Assembly: GCA_043228905.1 (NCBI GenBank)
Contig: JBHGNT010000004.1
Span: 8,308,001-8,372,000 of the forward strand
Origin: Azolla caroliniana
Lineage: Eukaryota; Plantae; Polypodiophyta
DNA length: 64,000 nt
Direction: 5' to 3'
The notes under the pieces were generated by a model. It had not been told where the DNA came from. It did not search any database and saw only the letters and a program-made list of their open reading frames with translations. The position numbers and the translations under genes were made by a program. The stretch's first letter is position 1. Each line of letters begins with the position of its first letter. This document shows positions 62,601-64,000 of the stretch, piece by piece.

Positions 62601-64000
62601 ATCGAAGTCCGAAGGGTAACATTTTCCGATGTGCCGACCCTTCAAGAAGGCCCCGCTCTCAACACACGGTCAGCTTCACGGGTAGCTGAACCCTACACTA
62701 CCGACTCGGACAACTCCGACTCGGCACAGCAGAACAATCCGCTTTCGGACCATCCGACCACGATACCCGATGCGACCAGTCCAATCATACCTCGACGATC
62801 CGAGAGACTGTCGCAACCTCCGGAGAGGTACTCTCCTGGAATTTTCTTCACCGACGCCGGCGAACCGACGTCTTACGAAGAAGCATCGACATCTGTCGAT
62901 TCAGCCACCTGGCATCTGGCGATGGAGTCGGAAATGCACTCCATTCGGGCAAACAAGACTTGGGATCTGGTCGAATTACCTAAGAACCGACGTGCTCTTC
63001 CTTGCAAGTGGGTTTATCGACTAAAAGAGACGTCTGATTCGACCACCCCAAAGTACAAGGCCAGATTAGTTGCGAAGGGCTTCCGACAAGAATATGGCGT
63101 CGACTTCGACGAGATTTTTTCACCAGTGGTGAAAATGACAACCCTTCGTTTTCTACTCGGCGTAGTGGCAGCCGACAACCTGGAGCTGATTCAGCTAGAT
63201 GTAAAAACAGCCTTCCTCCATGGTGATCTCGAGGAGGAAATTTATATGGAACAGCCAAAAGGCTTCGTGACAACTGGCCAAGAACATCTAGTCTGTCGAC
63301 TCAGGAAGAGTCTATACGGCCTCAAACAGGCACCACGACAATGGTACAAGAAGTTCGACGACTTCATCCAATCGATCGGCTTCTCAAAAAGCGATGAGGA
63401 CCATTGTCTCTTCACCAACACAGCTCAAGATGGATCACCCATCTTCCTCATCATTTACGTGGACGACATGCTAATTTCTGGACGCCACGCGGGCGAACTT
63501 GCCGATCTCATTCGGCAACTGCGGTTGAAGTTTGCCATGAAGGACCTCGGTCCGGCACGACACATACTCGGCATGAAGATTAGTCGGCATCGCGATAAAC
63601 GACATCTTTTTTTGTCTCAGACCGACTATATCCGACGTGTCTTGGAACGCTTCAACATGCAATCAGCCAAATCTGCTTCAACCCCGCTCCCCATGAATCT
63701 TCGGCTCTCTCAGCGAGACTGCCCGACATCCGGCCCGGAGGGGGAAGATATGAAGTCGGTACCGTATGCACCGGCAGTCGGCTCCCTTATGTACCTGATG
63801 GTCGCGACACGGCCTGATATTTCTCACGCCGTAGGAGTCGTTAGCAGATTTATGCACAATCCTGGCCGATCGCATTGGAACGCAGTCAAGCATGTGTTCA
63901 GATATCTGGCTGGCACAAAAGACCATGGCATTCTTTTCGGTCCGAACCGAACCTCAGGCGTAGTCGGTTACACCGACTCGGACTTCGCCGGCTGTATAGA
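59410..64000 (+). mobile_element. Ty1/Copia element 5 (runs off the window)
   Basis: 5' LTR 59410-59750 (TG...CA) with long (CT)n; PBS TGGTATCAGAGCC at 59753. Confidence 0.94.
60426..64000 (+). CDS. Copia-5 Gag-Pol polyprotein, open to the window end (>1190 codons)
   Basis: ATG 60426; CNYCKKPGHIKADC, WLLDSGAS, HSDVCGP, YVDD (63456, same frame), GYTDSDFAG; no stop-terminated ORF in this frame in the track. Confidence 0.88.
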   Translation, partial: MASTSGSSEMSLRKFDGSNFNFWKEQMQDYLIVKGQIDPIENEEPPEGYKPIEWQKLDRIVRATIRMHLSESVYFTVQSCMTAFELWKTLSDTYEKKVAATKMFLIRRLYNLRMKESDSVQAHLNEYESISSQISSQGTAIEDELRAMILMSSLPSSWETFVTTVCNASTTAVKYSEVTSAILTEAARRKSFAKDSTDDTYVVQGSTDRSNIRGRDSSRPPNNQRRRSQSRDNRICNYCKKPGHIKADCRALKNKNNKKSGRHEEINYVSFSADVLPDDPNILSIENPVESKVLLTTEESSTWLLDSGASFHVTPHRSQFRQYTIRHSDSVRVGNSQHCDIIGIGTVELNLAGGSTLVLHNVRHVPELSRPLISVGQLDEDGIRAGFSSGGWTLHRGNLLLARGPKIHSLYPLHVTLREGNLFLVDIPVSSLWHRRLGHLSKAGITHLSRAGYIPKLSFSDHQFCEHCQYGKQAAASHPTSAPRETRPLDLVHSDVCGPMPHQSLGGASYFVTFIDDSTRKVWAYPIRTKDRVFSIFTDWLAMVENQTDRKLKCFRTDNGGEFKSDEFVKFCRQRGIRREFTAPHSPEQNGIAERMNRTIQERIVSMLQHSGLSDGFWAEALLTAVHIINMSPSRPLGLQIPQERWIGSKPNYDKLRIFGCEAYALIPKDDRRKLAPRSRKCIFLGYGSDGEMGYRLWDPERRQIVRSSDVVFNESAMNPSVEKPIEVRRVTFSDVPTLQEGPALNTRSASRVAEPYTTDSDNSDSAQQNNPLSDHPTTIPDATSPIIPRRSERLSQPPERYSPGIFFTDAGEPTSYEEASTSVDSATWHLAMESEMHSIRANKTWDLVELPKNRRALPCKWVYRLKETSDSTTPKYKARLVAKGFRQEYGVDFDEIFSPVVKMTTLRFLLGVVAADNLELIQLDVKTAFLHGDLEEEIYMEQPKGFVTTGQEHLVCRLRKSLYGLKQAPRQWYKKFDDFIQSIGFSKSDEDHCLFTNTAQDGSPIFLIIYVDDMLISGRHAGELADLIRQLRLKFAMKDLGPARHILGMKISRHRDKRHLFLSQTDYIRRVLERFNMQSAKSASTPLPMNLRLSQRDCPTSGPEGEDMKSVPYAPAVGSLMYLMVATRPDISHAVGVVSRFMHNPGRSHWNAVKHVFRYLAGTKDHGILFGPNRTSGVVGYTDSDFAGCI

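Overview
Eukaryotic land-plant nuclear DNA, probably a non-seed plant such as a fern (inferred from the retroelement lineages; not provable here). It is mostly nested, decayed transposable elements around one intact 8-exon host gene, a COQ2/PPT1-type 4-hydroxybenzoate polyprenyltransferase (minus strand, 44648-48677). Elements: two copies of a non-chromovirus-like Ty3/Gypsy family (tRNA-Trp PBS seen in copy A) plus a related solo LTR; two Tcn1-like chromoviruses; about ten Ty1/Copia copies or fragments (one full-length with near-identical LTRs and TSD, one with an open gag-pol frame to the window end); an L1-type LINE; a TIR element; and two degraded DNA-transposon-like loci. Most notable: (i) a putative two-gene DNA element with a DUF7869/Sola-like DDD transposase and a divergent spliced unknown ORF whose intron holds seven 51-bp palindromic repeats; (ii) a -1 frameshift signal (G_GAU_UUU plus pseudoknot) between protease and RT; (iii) tRNA-like A/B-box modules inside the LTRs of two Gypsy lineages; (iv) a self-priming PBS with a compensatory change between copies; (v) a reconstructable ~14-kb inversion with a 1172-bp inverted duplication; (vi) a Copia U3 module inside a Gypsy LTR. 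All coordinates and alignments were read by eye; no database searches were run.
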